From: an uncultured delta proteobacterium
GTDB lineage: Bacteria > Desulfobacterota > Desulfuromonadia > Geobacterales > Pseudopelobacteraceae
Assembly (NCBI GenBank): GCA_963772835.1
Contig: CAVYYZ010000003.1
Coordinates: 128,001 to 192,000 of the forward strand
Reading direction: 5' to 3'
DNA length: 64,000 bases
Part shown: positions 29,000 to 44,192 of the stretch, piece after piece
Numbering within the stretch: position 1 is the stretch's first letter
Layout of the letters: the number at the start of each line of letters is the position of its first letter
Notes under the pieces: model-generated
Databases searched by the model: none
What the model was told of the DNA's origin: nothing
The model's input: the letters and a program-made list of their open reading frames with translations, nothing else
Made by a program: the position numbers and the translations under genes

Positions 29000-30048
29000 T
29001 ATGTGCCCGTCTGTTTATTTTGAGGAAGATTCTTCATATACCATCCCATTGCGACCTCCAACCCTTCATCGACAGAATGAGTCGGAACATATCCCAGAAG
29101 TTGATGAGCTTTGCTGATGTCGGCCTGTGAGTGAAGTACGTCACCCGGACGAAAGTCACGATATTCAGGAGGGTATTCGTGTTGAATGGCGCAATACGGC
29201 CGCAGTTTTCTTTGCAGTAAGTAATATAATTCGTTCAGTGTGACGCGATTGTTGAGGGCAACATTATAGACCTGGTTTATTGCCTTCAGATTGTCGGTCA
29301 AAGCTGCCAGCAGATTGGCCTGCACGACATTTTCAATAAAACAGAAGTCACGGCTCGTTTCGCCGGTACCGTTGATATACACGGTTTCTCCTCTGCATAA
29401 TGCAGAGATCCATCTCGGGATTACTGCCGCATACGCGCCATCCGGATCCTGCCGTGGACCGAACACATTGAAATAACGAAGTCCGACCGTCTCAAGGCCA
29501 TAGAGCTGTGAAAAAACATGTGCGTACATTTCGTTTACCATTTTGCTGACGGCGTATGGAGAAAGCTGCTGACCGCAGGTCTCTTCCACTTTCGGCAGGC
29601 CGGGGTGATCGCCATAAACTGCACTGCTTGAAGCATACACTATACGTTTTACTCCCTCGTCACAGGCCGCCTTAAGCATGTTGAGATTCCCGTTCACATT
29701 ATTATCGTTGCAGTTAAGCGGATCATCAATCGAGCGGGGAACCGAGCCGAGTGCCGCCTGATGGAGAATTACATCAACTTCCCTGCATGCCGCGCGGCAT
29801 GTGTCGGGTTGACGAATATCCCCCTCTATGAATCTGAACTGTTTCCACTGGTGTTCGTTGACCAGACTCTGTACGTCACTGAGATTTTCACGCTTACCGG
29901 TTGAAAAATTGTCGAGTCCCACCACCTGCTGGTCAAGCAGTAAAAGCCTTTCAAGCAGGTTGGATCCGATAAAACCTGCCACTCCGGTGACCAACCATCG
30001 TTTCGGCGCTTTAAGCAGTGCGCTTCGTATGACATCGTAGCTAGTCAT
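28999..30048 (-). CDS. UDP-GlcNAc(A) 4-epimerase (TviC/WbpP-like)
   Basis: [42 protein letters not shown]. Confidence 0.92.
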   Translation of the reverse strand: MTSYDVIRSALLKAPKRWLVTGVAGFIGSNLLERLLLLDQQVVGLDNFSTGKRENLSDVQSLVNEHQWKQFRFIEGDIRQPDTCRAACREVDVILHQAALGSVPRSIDDPLNCNDNNVNGNLNMLKAACDEGVKRIVYASSSAVYGDHPGLPKVEETCGQQLSPYAVSKMVNEMYAHVFSQLYGLETVGLRYFNVFGPRQDPDGAYAAVIPRWISALCRGETVYINGTGETSRDFCFIENVVQANLLAALTDNLKAINQVYNVALNNRVTLNELYYLLQRKLRPYCAIQHEYPPEYRDFRPGDVLHSQADISKAHQLLGYVPTHSVDEGLEVAMGWYMKNLPQNKQTGT

Positions 30049-30063
30049 GGTAATCTCCTCTCA

Positions 30064-31353
30064 TTACAATCGCCAAACGCGAATACCCGCATTATGAAGT
30101 GCAGTTGCGTCATACATGCCTTTTACGTCAATCAGCACCGGATTGTTCGCAGTCAGCAATGTCGAGAGTTCAGATACTGACCAGTGCAGGTAGGCATCAT
30201 GAGCAACGGCGGAGATGATTGCCGCAGCCGGCTTCAAATTCTCCCGTTTGACAAGTGAGATGTCATATTCACGGAGGGCTTCGACAGGATCGGCCAGCGG
30301 GTCGTGTACCTGTACGATTATTCCGTATTCCTCCAGTTCGCGAATGATATCGACCACCTTTGAATTGCGCAGATCCGGACAATTCTCTTTAAACGTAAGC
30401 CCCAGCACTGTGACCGAACTTCCGGATATATAGTGACCTGCATGGATCATCTCCTTGATTGAGTGCTGGGCTATGAATTTGCCCATGCCGTCATTGATCC
30501 GTCGACCGGCAAGGATCACCTGCGGAATGTAGCCGATTCTCTCCGCTTTGTGAGTCAGGTAATATGGGTCGACACCGATGCAATGCCCGCCCACAAGTCC
30601 GGGCTTGAAGGGCAGAAAGTTCCACTTGGAACCGGCGGCCTTCAGAACATCTCCGGTATCGATGCCCAGGCGGTCAAAAATAAGCGCCAATTCGTTCATG
30701 AGCGCAATATTAAGATCCCGTTGGGTATTTTCAATAACCTTTGCCGCCTCAGCCACCATAATGGTTGGAGCACGATGGACACCTGCAGTGACGACTCGTT
30801 CATACGTTTGTGCGATGATCTCAAGTGATTCGGCATCCTGTCCGGCGACGACTTTTCTGATCTTCGTGAAGGTATGTTCCTTGTCACCCGGATTTATTCG
30901 CTCCGGGCTGTAGCCGATCTTGAAATCGCGTCCGCAGATAAGTCCGGATTCTCTTTCAAGGACGGGAAGGCACTCCTCCTCGGTGGCACCGGGATATACC
31001 GTTGATTCGTAGACAACGATATCCCCGCATTTCAGCGATTTACCAACCGTTACAGATGCGTTGATAAGCAGAGACAGGTCAGGTTGATTGGCATCACTGA
31101 TAGGAGTAGGTACTGCAATAATGTGGAAATCAGCCTGTTTCAGTTGATCGATTCTATCAGTATATAAAATATCACTCTTTGATAGATCCACCGATGTAAT
31201 CTCTCCCGTTCGGTCATGGTTGCGCCGCAGTTCAGCAATACGTGTCTGGTTGATGTCGAAACCGATTGTTTTAGCCTCATTGCCGAAGGCGACCGCAACG
31301 GGAAGGCCAACGTATCCGAGTCCGATAACCGACACATTTCTTTGCGTAATCAC
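30064..31353 (-). CDS. UDP-N-acetylhexosamine 6-dehydrogenase (TviB/WbpO-like)
   Basis: IGLGYVGLP, YSPERINPGD, GLVGGHCIGVDPYYL, TFKENCPD. Confidence 0.93.
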   Translation of the reverse strand: MITQRNVSVIGLGYVGLPVAVAFGNEAKTIGFDINQTRIAELRRNHDRTGEITSVDLSKSDILYTDRIDQLKQADFHIIAVPTPISDANQPDLSLLINASVTVGKSLKCGDIVVYESTVYPGATEEECLPVLERESGLICGRDFKIGYSPERINPGDKEHTFTKIRKVVAGQDAESLEIIAQTYERVVTAGVHRAPTIMVAEAAKVIENTQRDLNIALMNELALIFDRLGIDTGDVLKAAGSKWNFLPFKPGLVGGHCIGVDPYYLTHKAERIGYIPQVILAGRRINDGMGKFIAQHSIKEMIHAGHYISGSSVTVLGLTFKENCPDLRNSKVVDIIRELEEYGIIVQVHDPLADPVEALREYDISLVKRENLKPAAAIISAVAHDAYLHWSVSELSTLLTANNPVLIDVKGMYDATALHNAGIRVWRL

Positions 31354-31409
31354 GTTAAGACCCCATATCTATAATCTGATGTTCTTTTGAGTGACACCCC
31401 ACTGTGCTA

Positions 31410-31424
31410 TCACATACCATGCCA
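31410..31424 (-). promoter_or_regulatory. Possible sigma54 promoter (variant -12) for tviB operon
   Basis: TGGCAT-GGTAT-GTGA on the minus strand. Confidence 0.4.
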
Positions 31425-31741
31425 GTCGATACACTGAAAATAATGCCATAACTACATATAGTTGGTGTGTTGACACGAGGATTATAGCGGCTGGATAAAT
31501 GTTGCGGAGAAACGTGCAAAACGTATATGTGACGTAATCAAATGCGTTTAAAAACGGTTTCTGCATGATGTAAATATTCATTCGGCTGTTAAAATCGGAG
31601 CAGTGCCGTTGTATAAACGTTAATGAGATAAATTTTTTTTTTGCGTCTGCCTGCTTGACAATCATCTGAAGTGAGCTACAAAGAGAAAAGACTAAACGTG
31701 ATCTGTACGTTAGTAATGTAACGGATTGAGGGGATGTATTG

Positions 31742-33163
31742 ATGGAAATATCACCTGATAGGCAGAGTGCGGTTTTGCTGGTCGGTGACGATCCTCATTC
31801 ACTGGAACGAACCCGGTTGCTGCTTCTGGAATCCGGAATCAGCCCTGTCCTTGTCCTTTCTGATTACCGTGCAACGCTGCCGTTTCTCGAACAGCATAGT
31901 GTATCGACAATCATTCTTGAAATGACCTCTGACATAAACGACGGCCAGCTTCTGGCCAGAATCAGCAGGGATTTCCCCACCATCCCGGTTATCGTGGAAA
32001 CAGCGTCCAATGAAGTGGATATTGCGGTCAACAGTATGAAGTCGGGAGCCGTTGATTATCTGGTGAGACCGTTCAAGCCGGAACGACTGATCACTGCAGC
32101 TGAAAACGCAATGAACTTGAATTATTCGAAGCAGGAAACTTCATCATTAAAAGACTATCTCCTCAACGACCGCCTGGAGCATGCCGAAGCGTTTGTCGAA
32201 ATAAAAACCACCAGCAGAAAGATGCGTTCTATTTTTCAATATACGGAGGTTGTTGCCTGCTCGCCTCAGGCGGTTCTGATTACAGGAGAGACAGGAGTCG
32301 GCAAGGAGCTGTTCGCCCGTGCTATCCACCGGATCAGCAGAGTAAGGGGCCAGTTCGTGAGCATCAATGTTGCAGGTCTTGATGATGCAATGTTTTCTGA
32401 TACGCTCTTCGGGCATAAAAAGGGAGCTTTTACCGGTGCGGACCAGTACCGTGACGGACTTATCAGCAAGGCTGCAATGGGTACACTTTTTCTTGATGAA
32501 ATTGGAGATTTGAATGAGTTATCTCAGGTCAAACTCCTCCGGCTACTGCAGGAACGGGAGTATTACCCTGTCGGAGCAGATCAGGTTAAGACCAGTTCCG
32601 CACGGATCCTTCTGGCGACAAATGTTAATCTGCAGGATCGAATCAAAGAGGGGCGCTTCCGGCGCGATCTTTACTACCGTCTCTGCAGTCATCAGATACA
32701 TATTCCTGCGCTCCGCGAGCGTCGTGAAGATATCCCCGCTCTGTTGGACGGTTTTATTGAAGAGGCCTCGCTGCATTTTGGCCGATCTATTCCCGCCTTC
32801 TCGCCCGATCTCATTCCGGCACTTGCTCAATTTGATTTTCCGGGCAACGTCAGAGAGTTGCAGGCCAGAGTCAGTGACGCCGTGGCCCGCCATGAAGACG
32901 GATTGCTGACTCTTGATGATTTTCCAGGAATTGCCCCCGCAGCATCAAGGCATTCCCCCGGTTCATCAGTCATACAGACTTCTGCCAACGCCGGAATTTA
33001 CAGCTTATATGGCCGTTTGCCCACATTCAGGGAGATTGAAGATTACCTCATAGTTGAGGCGTTGAAACTTTCTGAAGGCAGCTATGCGGTCGCCGCTTCA
33101 ATATTGGGAGTTACGCGACAGACCATCAGTAAACGCTTAAAATCTATCAATACTGCTTCTTGA
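31742..33163 (+). CDS. Sigma54-dependent activator with degenerate receiver domain
   Basis: GETGVGKE, GAFTGA, FPGNVREL, HTH; receiver IILEM (Asp to Glu) and VRPF. Confidence 0.92.
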   Translation: MEISPDRQSAVLLVGDDPHSLERTRLLLLESGISPVLVLSDYRATLPFLEQHSVSTIILEMTSDINDGQLLARISRDFPTIPVIVETASNEVDIAVNSMKSGAVDYLVRPFKPERLITAAENAMNLNYSKQETSSLKDYLLNDRLEHAEAFVEIKTTSRKMRSIFQYTEVVACSPQAVLITGETGVGKELFARAIHRISRVRGQFVSINVAGLDDAMFSDTLFGHKKGAFTGADQYRDGLISKAAMGTLFLDEIGDLNELSQVKLLRLLQEREYYPVGADQVKTSSARILLATNVNLQDRIKEGRFRRDLYYRLCSHQIHIPALRERREDIPALLDGFIEEASLHFGRSIPAFSPDLIPALAQFDFPGNVRELQARVSDAVARHEDGLLTLDDFPGIAPAASRHSPGSSVIQTSANAGIYSLYGRLPTFREIEDYLIVEALKLSEGSYAVAASILGVTRQTISKRLKSINTAS

Positions 33164-33202
33164 CGATTACTGCGTGCGTAATGCATCGGGAAAGGTGTCA
33201 GC

Positions 33203-34621
33203 ATGAATTCAAAAACAAGTTCACACTTGCCGGTATTATTAATTGATGATGATCAAATCGTGCTTGAGATAAATGCCACCGCCCTTGAGAGTGAAGGAGT
33301 CACGAATGTCCTGACACTCTCCGACAGCAGAAAAACCATACAATTTCTTGCTGATCACCCGGTATCAATTATTATTCTTGATTTGATGATGCCCCATGTC
33401 TCCGGATTGGAGCTTCTTCCGGTACTTATCCGCGACTTTCCTCACATACCTGTCATCGTAATGACCTCGTCAGATGACATTGAAACGGCTGTAAACTGCA
33501 TAAAAGCGGGTGCTGTTGATTATCTCACAAAGCCGGTGGAAATTGAGCGACTGCTGCTGAGTGTCGAGAATGCCCTTAGAGTCAATGAGTTGTCCCGTGA
33601 AAACCGCAGCTTAAGGGATTATCTTCTTAATGACAGTCTAGAACATCCTGCAGCATTTGATGCCATTATTACAATCAGCAAAAAGATGCGGGCCATTTTC
33701 AAGTATGTTGAAGTTATCGCAACATCCGACCAGCCGATATTGATTACCGGTGAAACCGGTGTCGGCAAAGAATTAATCGCACGGGCGATAGGAACGTTAA
33801 GTGGCAGGAAAGGGGCTTTTGTCACCGTCAATGCAGCCGGTCTGGATGACAATATGTTTTCTGATACACTGTTCGGTCACAAGAAAGGGGCCTTTACCGG
33901 TGCAGACCAACCTCGCGAAGGTCTCATCTGCACGGCCGCCGACGGCACACTGTTTCTTGATGAGATCGGAGATTTAAACGAGACCTCACAAATCAAGCTT
34001 CTGCGGCTCATTCAAGAGCAGGAATTCTACCCGGTAGGCTCAGATGTTCTGAAGAAAACCAACGCACGTCTGATTGTTGCCACCAATCATGATCTCACCA
34101 CTCTTATATCCTCAAACAAATTCCGTAAGGATCTCTACTATCGTCTGTGTGCCCATCATATCCAGATTCCGCCACTCAGAGAGCGACGTGAAGACATTCC
34201 GGCTCTACTGGATCATTTTCTCGAAAAATCTTCGAAAACACTCAATAAAACAAAACCTGTTCTTTCGCGGGACGTCTCTGCACTCTTATCAACATATCAT
34301 TTTGAAGGAAATGTTCGCGAACTTCATGCCATAATATCCGATGCGGTTGCCCGTTATACTTCCGGTTTACTGACGCTCGACTGTTTTGTCGGTCTGACTG
34401 AAAATGAAATCAGTCATAAAAATACGTCGCTGCTGCTGTCGAGTAAAGAAATCGATAACGCGTTATACGGATTTTTTGGACGCTTCCCGACTCTCAAGGA
34501 GATGGAAGATTATCTGACGTCGTCAGCAATGAACCTGACCGGGGGCAATCAGAGATCTGCAGCACTTATTCTCGGGATTGCCCGTCAGACACTCAGCAAA
34601 AGATTGGGTACACCCGTGTAA
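33203..34621 (+). CDS. Sigma54-dependent response regulator (NtrC family)
   Basis: IILDLMMP receiver, GETGVGKE, GAFTGA, HTH. Confidence 0.93.
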   Translation: MNSKTSSHLPVLLIDDDQIVLEINATALESEGVTNVLTLSDSRKTIQFLADHPVSIIILDLMMPHVSGLELLPVLIRDFPHIPVIVMTSSDDIETAVNCIKAGAVDYLTKPVEIERLLLSVENALRVNELSRENRSLRDYLLNDSLEHPAAFDAIITISKKMRAIFKYVEVIATSDQPILITGETGVGKELIARAIGTLSGRKGAFVTVNAAGLDDNMFSDTLFGHKKGAFTGADQPREGLICTAADGTLFLDEIGDLNETSQIKLLRLIQEQEFYPVGSDVLKKTNARLIVATNHDLTTLISSNKFRKDLYYRLCAHHIQIPPLRERREDIPALLDHFLEKSSKTLNKTKPVLSRDVSALLSTYHFEGNVRELHAIISDAVARYTSGLLTLDCFVGLTENEISHKNTSLLLSSKEIDNALYGFFGRFPTLKEMEDYLTSSAMNLTGGNQRSAALILGIARQTLSKRLGTPV

Positions 34622-34821
34622 CGTAATCTCTGTATCAGATGAACTCGCCATGAAATAAACATGAGTTAAAATAATTACAATGTGCGGATTTCGTGCAGCT
34701 GCATCAACTTCCTCCGCTTGCGGTCACTTCATCTCATTTTTCACATCACGAATAATAGCTAAAAAATTATTCATGATATCGTAACCGGCCGATATATCAA
34801 TACAATATGAATAACTCTCTC

Positions 34822-34836
34822 TGGCACAGAATGTGT
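34822..34836 (+). promoter_or_regulatory. Possible sigma54 promoter (variant -12) for glmS
   Basis: TGGCAC-AGAAT-GTGT. Confidence 0.4.
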
Positions 34837-34918
34837 AAAACCTCCCATCGTATACAGCCTCAAGTATTGCTGCAGCAGTTATTGTCAGGAATATGTGTCT
34901 GGTTAAGAGGAGGAACTT

Positions 34919-36748
34919 ATGTGCGGTATAGTGGGATATATGGGAAATCAGGATGCCACACCGGTTATTATGAGTGGGCTTAAAATGCTTGAATATCGAG
35001 GGTATGACTCTGCCGGAATATGCACCATGGATTGCGGTGATGTTGAAATACGACGCAGTTCCGGCAAGCTGGTAAATCTTGAGCGACTTCTCAGGGAGCA
35101 GCCGCTGCACGGATCGATCGGAATAGGACATACCCGCTGGGCAACCCATGGGAAACCGACCGTCACTAATGCTCATCCACACAAAGGAGGCGCTGTAGTC
35201 GTTGTGCATAACGGCATCATCGAAAACTATCTTCTGCTCAAGGAAGAATTAACCGTCAAAGGGCATCTGTTCAAGTCAGATACAGATTCAGAGGTTATTT
35301 CTCATCTGATCGATGAAAAGCTGAAAACAGCGGCATCCCTTGAAGATGCCGTCCGGGGGGCATTGCAGGATCTGCGGGGAGCGTATGCGCTCTGTATTCT
35401 CAGTAGCAAGGATGAAAAAACACTTATTGCGGCCAAATCAGGCTCCCCGATGGTCGTCGGAATACGCGGGGATGAATATTTCGTGGCATCGGATATGCCG
35501 GCCATTATTTCCAACACACGGGAGATGGTGATAATGGAAGATGGAGAAATGGCTGTTTTTAGAAATGGCGGCGTAACATTCAGCACCATTCTCGGCGAGG
35601 AGATCACCAAGGTGTCACGGTATATTGACTGGTCTCCAATGAAGGCTGAAAAAAACGGATATCCGAATTTCATGCTTAAAGAAATTCATGAGCAGCCTCA
35701 AGCGATCAGAAATGTCATTGCCGGCCGCATAGTGGAGGATAAAGGTGATGTTTTCTTCGAAGGACTGAATTTGAATGACAGCCAGTTGAACTCGTTTGAA
35801 AGGCTCTGTCTCGTGGCATGCGGCACTTCGTGGCATGCGGCGTTGGCAGGGAAATATCTGATTGAAGAATATTGTCGGATACCGGTCGATGTCGAAATAG
35901 CCTCGGAATTTCGCTACCGTAATCCTCTTGTATCCAGTAAAACACTGGTGATACCGATTTCTCAGTCCGGTGAGACGGCTGACACATTGGCAGCGCTTCG
36001 CGAGGCGAGGAGCAAAAAGGCGCATATTGTGTCGATCTGCAACGTTGTCGATTCTTCAATTCCCCGTGAATCTGATGGTGTGATTTACACACATGCCGGA
36101 CTGGAAATAGGTGTAGCTTCTACCAAAGCTTTTACTACCCAACTGGTGGCCCTCTATCTGTTGACCATTCGTCTTGGCCGTGCCAATGGCTCCATTGACC
36201 TCGAAAAGGGCCGGGAAATGATTGCTGTATTGAATGACCTCCCCGCACTGGTTGAAAAAACTCTGGAACTGGACCCGCAAATTGAAGAAATTGCCTGTGA
36301 GTATCTTACCTCATGGGATTCTATTTATCTCGGTCGCGGAATCAGCTACCCGATTGCCCTTGAAGGGGCTCTCAAGCTGAAGGAAATATCATATGTTCAT
36401 GCTGATGGATATCCGGCCGGCGAGATGAAACACGGACCAATTGCATTGATCGACAAAAATATGCCGGTTTTCGTACTGGCACCACATGACCGCCATCTTG
36501 TGAAAGTTCAATCCAATATGGAGGAGGTAATCACCCGTGGCGGAAGGGTAGTTGTCTTATGTTCCGAGGGGGATTATGAAACCGGACGGAGAGCTGAATT
36601 CACCCTGCACATTCCCTGTGCCGGAGATGCATTGACGGCGGTGCTTTTTACAGTTGCACTTCAACTATTAGCTTATAACTTCGCTATATTGCGTGGTAAA
36701 GATGTAGATCAACCGAGAAACCTGGCAAAGAGTGTCACGGTGGAGTAA
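34919..36748 (+). CDS. glmS: Glutamine--fructose-6-phosphate transaminase
   Basis: [45 protein letters not shown]. Confidence 0.97.
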   Translation: MCGIVGYMGNQDATPVIMSGLKMLEYRGYDSAGICTMDCGDVEIRRSSGKLVNLERLLREQPLHGSIGIGHTRWATHGKPTVTNAHPHKGGAVVVVHNGIIENYLLLKEELTVKGHLFKSDTDSEVISHLIDEKLKTAASLEDAVRGALQDLRGAYALCILSSKDEKTLIAAKSGSPMVVGIRGDEYFVASDMPAIISNTREMVIMEDGEMAVFRNGGVTFSTILGEEITKVSRYIDWSPMKAEKNGYPNFMLKEIHEQPQAIRNVIAGRIVEDKGDVFFEGLNLNDSQLNSFERLCLVACGTSWHAALAGKYLIEEYCRIPVDVEIASEFRYRNPLVSSKTLVIPISQSGETADTLAALREARSKKAHIVSICNVVDSSIPRESDGVIYTHAGLEIGVASTKAFTTQLVALYLLTIRLGRANGSIDLEKGREMIAVLNDLPALVEKTLELDPQIEEIACEYLTSWDSIYLGRGISYPIALEGALKLKEISYVHADGYPAGEMKHGPIALIDKNMPVFVLAPHDRHLVKVQSNMEEVITRGGRVVVLCSEGDYETGRRAEFTLHIPCAGDALTAVLFTVALQLLAYNFAILRGKDVDQPRNLAKSVTVE

Positions 36749-36751
36749 AAG

Positions 36752-39616
36752 TTGACTCGTACATACCGGATAATGATCGTTGAGGATGAAACAGCAACAG
36801 CCATACGGCTTTCTAAGGCATTGGTACGTCTTGGTTACGAGGTCGTTGCGGTTGTTGACAACGGAGTTGATGCAATTGAAACTGCTACGGCCGTGCTTCC
36901 CGATCTGATTTTGATGGATGTTACCCTGAAGGGTGATATGGACGGAATTGCCGCTGCCAACAGGATTAGTGCGGAATTGGATATGCCGATTATTTTCCTC
37001 ACGGCGCATGGAGATGACGCTACTTTTTCGCGCGCCAAGACATTACATTCATATGCGTTCCTTGAAAAACCGGTCGATCTCAACCATCTCAAACATTGTG
37101 CCGAGATGGCTATCTATAAACGGACTCAGGAACGTATCCAGAAGCAGATGGAGAAAGAGCTTCTGCAAAGAGAACTGAAAACGCTTGCGTTGCTGAAGGC
37201 CATTCCCGATCTTATCCTTCGGTGCCGGAATGACGGTACAATTCTTTACTGTCAGCGACCTGAGTCAACTGATTTTTCATTTATTCCGGATGATCTGATC
37301 GGAAAAAAGATAACGGATGTACTGTCAACCGGAAAAGAAACCGGCTGCCATAGCGACATCAGCCAGGGGCTTCAGTCTGATGAGTTACAGCTCTGCTTCA
37401 ACGTGTCGGCACAGCATACACGCCACTATCTGGAGCTGCGTTCGGTCCGCAGCGATACTGACGAAGTTCTGGTAATTGTGCGCGATATTACCGAGCGGCA
37501 TCTCGCTGACGAAAAGATTCTACGATACATGAGTGAACTGAAAACGTCACAGGATCTGATAGTCCAGCAGTCCCATGATCTCATTGCTGCTCATGATCGT
37601 GCTGAAACCGCCAATCAGGCGAAAAGCGATTTTCTTGCTACCATGAGCCATGAAATACGCACACCGATGAATAGTGTCATCGGCATGTCAGATCTGCTGC
37701 TTAAAACTGAATTATCCGAACAACAACACCTCTTTGCCAATGGTATACTGGATTCTGCAACGACACTTCTTGATATAATCAACGATATTCTCGACTTTTC
37801 GAAAGTTGAGTCGGGAAAGATTGAAATTAAGCATGCCCCCTTTGATTTACGTTCGGTTATCGAAAGCGTAAGTGAACTCCTTGTGCCGAGAACATTAGCC
37901 AAGCAGGTGGAGCTCATTATCAGTTATTCTCCGGAGATACCGACGCACCTGATCGGCGATGCAGGACGAATCAGACAGGTATTGGTAAATCTTACCGTCA
38001 ATGCGATCAAATTCACCGATCGGGGGCATATAATTATTGGTGTGGAATGTCTTGGCTCCGACAGTACAGAAACGTCTCTTAAAATTAAGGTTTCAGATAC
38101 CGGTATCGGAATTCCGAATGATTCTCTTTCCCAGCTGTTTGAAAAATTTTATCAGGTTGATTCCGTAACGTGCGGCAAGAGCGGCGGAACCGGCCTCGGA
38201 CTTGCCATCAGCAAGAGTCTGGTAGAAATGATGGGCGGTACGGTCGGAGTAAAGAGCTGCGAGGGTAAGGGCTCAACCTTCTGGTTTACCATGACGCTGC
38301 CGCTCGACACGTCGTACCGGATTGAGTCATCTAAATACTCAGAATTAGCCGGCATTCGCGTCCTGATCGTTGATGATATCCGTAAGAATCGCTTTATCCT
38401 CGCAAAATATCTTGATTTCAGGGGGCTCCGCTGCAGTATGGCATCTTCTGGAGAAAAGGCTCTGGAGATGATGGAAATCGCACATCTTGACAATGATCCA
38501 TTCAGGATAGCGTTGATAGACCAAAGCATGCCGGGAATGGATGGTGTGACACTTGGCAGTATCATAAAGGCGGATGAATGTATTGGTGATGCCAGACTTA
38601 TCCTTCTCTCGTCTCTTTTTCATGAATCTGGAAGGAAAACGGGTTTACCTGATGCTATTTTTTCTGCATTTTTATCCAAACCGTTTCATCAGCGTCGTGT
38701 TATGGACGCTGTTGCGGTTGTTTCTCTCTATTCGCAGCAGAGAAACTGCGGCGCCTATTCCAGGCACGACACAATTACTCATGATGGTCCGGGAACCGTA
38801 GACCGTTCCGGCAAGGCATTCAGACAATTATCTGTACTTGTGGCTGAAGACAATCCCTCCAGCCAGATTGTCGTTGCTGCCATGCTGCAGTTCATCGGCT
38901 GCACGGTGGATGTCGTTTCCTGCGGAAGAGAAGCTGTAGCCATGGTGAGCCGGAACGACTACGATATAGTGTTTATGGATTGCAATATGCCGGATTTGAA
39001 TGGTTTTGAGGCTACTTATGAAATACGGCTGCTGGAAGGTGACAGAAAGCATACTATTATTATCGCCCTCACAGCAAATGCCATCAAAGGGTTTCGGGAA
39101 AAATGTCTCGCAGCCGGAATGGACGATTATCTGAGCAAACCGATACGCTCCAACAAAATTGAGGAGATTGTATCGCGCTGGGCTGATCCGTTGCGGCATC
39201 CATCGACACAGTCGCTGCTGCTTTTTATTGAGGAAAGCGACAGTAAGACGGACGCCAGTGCAATGTTCGATTCCGCACGATTACAAAATCTGCTACGGAT
39301 GTTTAAAAAAACCGGGAAAGATTTTTTTCCCGCGGTTGTTGAACCATTTCTGGAAAATGTAGAACAAAAAATACCGGCACTATTTGCTGCGGCTGAGGAG
39401 AAAAACTTTTCACGAGTGTATGAAACAGCACATTATCTTCTGGGAGGCAGCAGAAATCTGGGATTATTGAAACTCTCCGAAATCTGCACCGGCCTTCAGG
39501 ATAATGCAAAGAGAGACAATCACGAAAATATCAGAGAACTTGTAATTGCTCTTGAGCGGGAACTTCCTCTTGTGAAAACGCATGTGGATGATCTGCGGGA
39601 GAAAGGGTTGATATAA
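36752..39616 (+). CDS. Cytoplasmic hybrid histidine kinase (REC-PAS-HisKA-HATPase-REC-REC-Hpt)
   Basis: [19 protein letters not shown], three receivers, [12 protein letters not shown]pt-like. Confidence 0.92.
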   Translation: MTRTYRIMIVEDETATAIRLSKALVRLGYEVVAVVDNGVDAIETATAVLPDLILMDVTLKGDMDGIAAANRISAELDMPIIFLTAHGDDATFSRAKTLHSYAFLEKPVDLNHLKHCAEMAIYKRTQERIQKQMEKELLQRELKTLALLKAIPDLILRCRNDGTILYCQRPESTDFSFIPDDLIGKKITDVLSTGKETGCHSDISQGLQSDELQLCFNVSAQHTRHYLELRSVRSDTDEVLVIVRDITERHLADEKILRYMSELKTSQDLIVQQSHDLIAAHDRAETANQAKSDFLATMSHEIRTPMNSVIGMSDLLLKTELSEQQHLFANGILDSATTLLDIINDILDFSKVESGKIEIKHAPFDLRSVIESVSELLVPRTLAKQVELIISYSPEIPTHLIGDAGRIRQVLVNLTVNAIKFTDRGHIIIGVECLGSDSTETSLKIKVSDTGIGIPNDSLSQLFEKFYQVDSVTCGKSGGTGLGLAISKSLVEMMGGTVGVKSCEGKGSTFWFTMTLPLDTSYRIESSKYSELAGIRVLIVDDIRKNRFILAKYLDFRGLRCSMASSGEKALEMMEIAHLDNDPFRIALIDQSMPGMDGVTLGSIIKADECIGDARLILLSSLFHESGRKTGLPDAIFSAFLSKPFHQRRVMDAVAVVSLYSQQRNCGAYSRHDTITHDGPGTVDRSGKAFRQLSVLVAEDNPSSQIVVAAMLQFIGCTVDVVSCGREAVAMVSRNDYDIVFMDCNMPDLNGFEATYEIRLLEGDRKHTIIIALTANAIKGFREKCLAAGMDDYLSKPIRSNKIEEIVSRWADPLRHPSTQSLLLFIEESDSKTDASAMFDSARLQNLLRMFKKTGKDFFPAVVEPFLENVEQKIPALFAAAEEKNFSRVYETAHYLLGGSRNLGLLKLSEICTGLQDNAKRDNHENIRELVIALERELPLVKTHVDDLREKGLI

Positions 39617-39773
39617 ATGCGGGTCCAGGTCGATAATTGAAAATAATACAATCTGAGGTATAGTTTACAAGGTTCCTGTTAACGATGACAGAGTCAAATA
39701 TTTGGCATCCTGGGGCTTGTTACGGTTCGATATTGTGGTCAGATTATGATGTATTTTTTTTCCGGAGCACGCT

Positions 39774-43451
<3,678 letters not shown>

Positions 43452-43480
43452 TTAGTTGTTAGTTTCCGCCCGGGAACTTG

Positions 43481-44176
43481 TCAGGTAATCGAGATGAAGA
43501 ATGAAGGTTTGAGAATTATTGTTCTTCTGCCGTTAATTTCGATTTCCCCTGATTGGCTTAGCCGTGCCAGCAGTCTGCTTACCGTTTCCCTGGTAAGTGC
43601 CGCAAAATCTGCAATTTCCTTATGGGTAATCTTGAAAGGAATCATGACTCCTCTAACGTCATTGATGCCGTAGATTGAACTGATGTGAGCCAGAACGGCT
43701 CGTACCCTGCTCTCCGCATCAGGAAGGGAGAGCAGCCGCAACATCGCCCATGACTCCCTTAATCGTTCGCAGAGCAGTGAGATGATCTGTTTTAATACAA
43801 TCGAATTTTTCATAAAGTACTGTTCAAAATCACTTTTTAAAATCAACCCTACCGAAGCATCCTCCATGGCCATAATGGTAGCCGGTTGGGATTTTCCGTC
43901 CAACAGTGTCATCTCTCCAAAAAAATCCCCGCGTTTTCGAATGACCAGAATGTGCTCTTTCCCGTCCGGACTTATCCGCACTACTTTAATTTTCCCTGAA
44001 AAAATAACGTACATGAAGTTCTTCGATTCGTCCTCCATGAGAATTATGGAATTTTTTTTGAAGCGTTTTTCCTTGATAATCTGATGCAGAATGAACTGCT
44101 CAGACGGAAGCAGGCACGAAAAAATAGGGATATGCTCAAGAATTTTCAGGTGGTTATGGCTTACAGCTTCCTGCAT
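43481..44176 (-). CDS. Crp/Fnr family transcriptional regulator
   Basis: GDFFGEMTLLDG cNMP-binding fold, THKEIAD..LTRETVSR HTH; ATG 44176 after GAGG. Confidence 0.92.
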   Translation of the reverse strand: MQEAVSHNHLKILEHIPIFSCLLPSEQFILHQIIKEKRFKKNSIILMEDESKNFMYVIFSGKIKVVRISPDGKEHILVIRKRGDFFGEMTLLDGKSQPATIMAMEDASVGLILKSDFEQYFMKNSIVLKQIISLLCERLRESWAMLRLLSLPDAESRVRAVLAHISSIYGINDVRGVMIPFKITHKEIADFAALTRETVSRLLARLSQSGEIEINGRRTIILKPSFFISIT

Positions 44177-44192
44177 GGCACACCTCGCAGCT

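Noticed and set aside
31369..31665. 98-aa ORF upstream of tviB
   Set aside because: AT-rich divergent promoter region with no RBS or motif support
34622..34918. glmS ribozyme
   Set aside because: Core AGCGCC..GACGAGG motifs were not found
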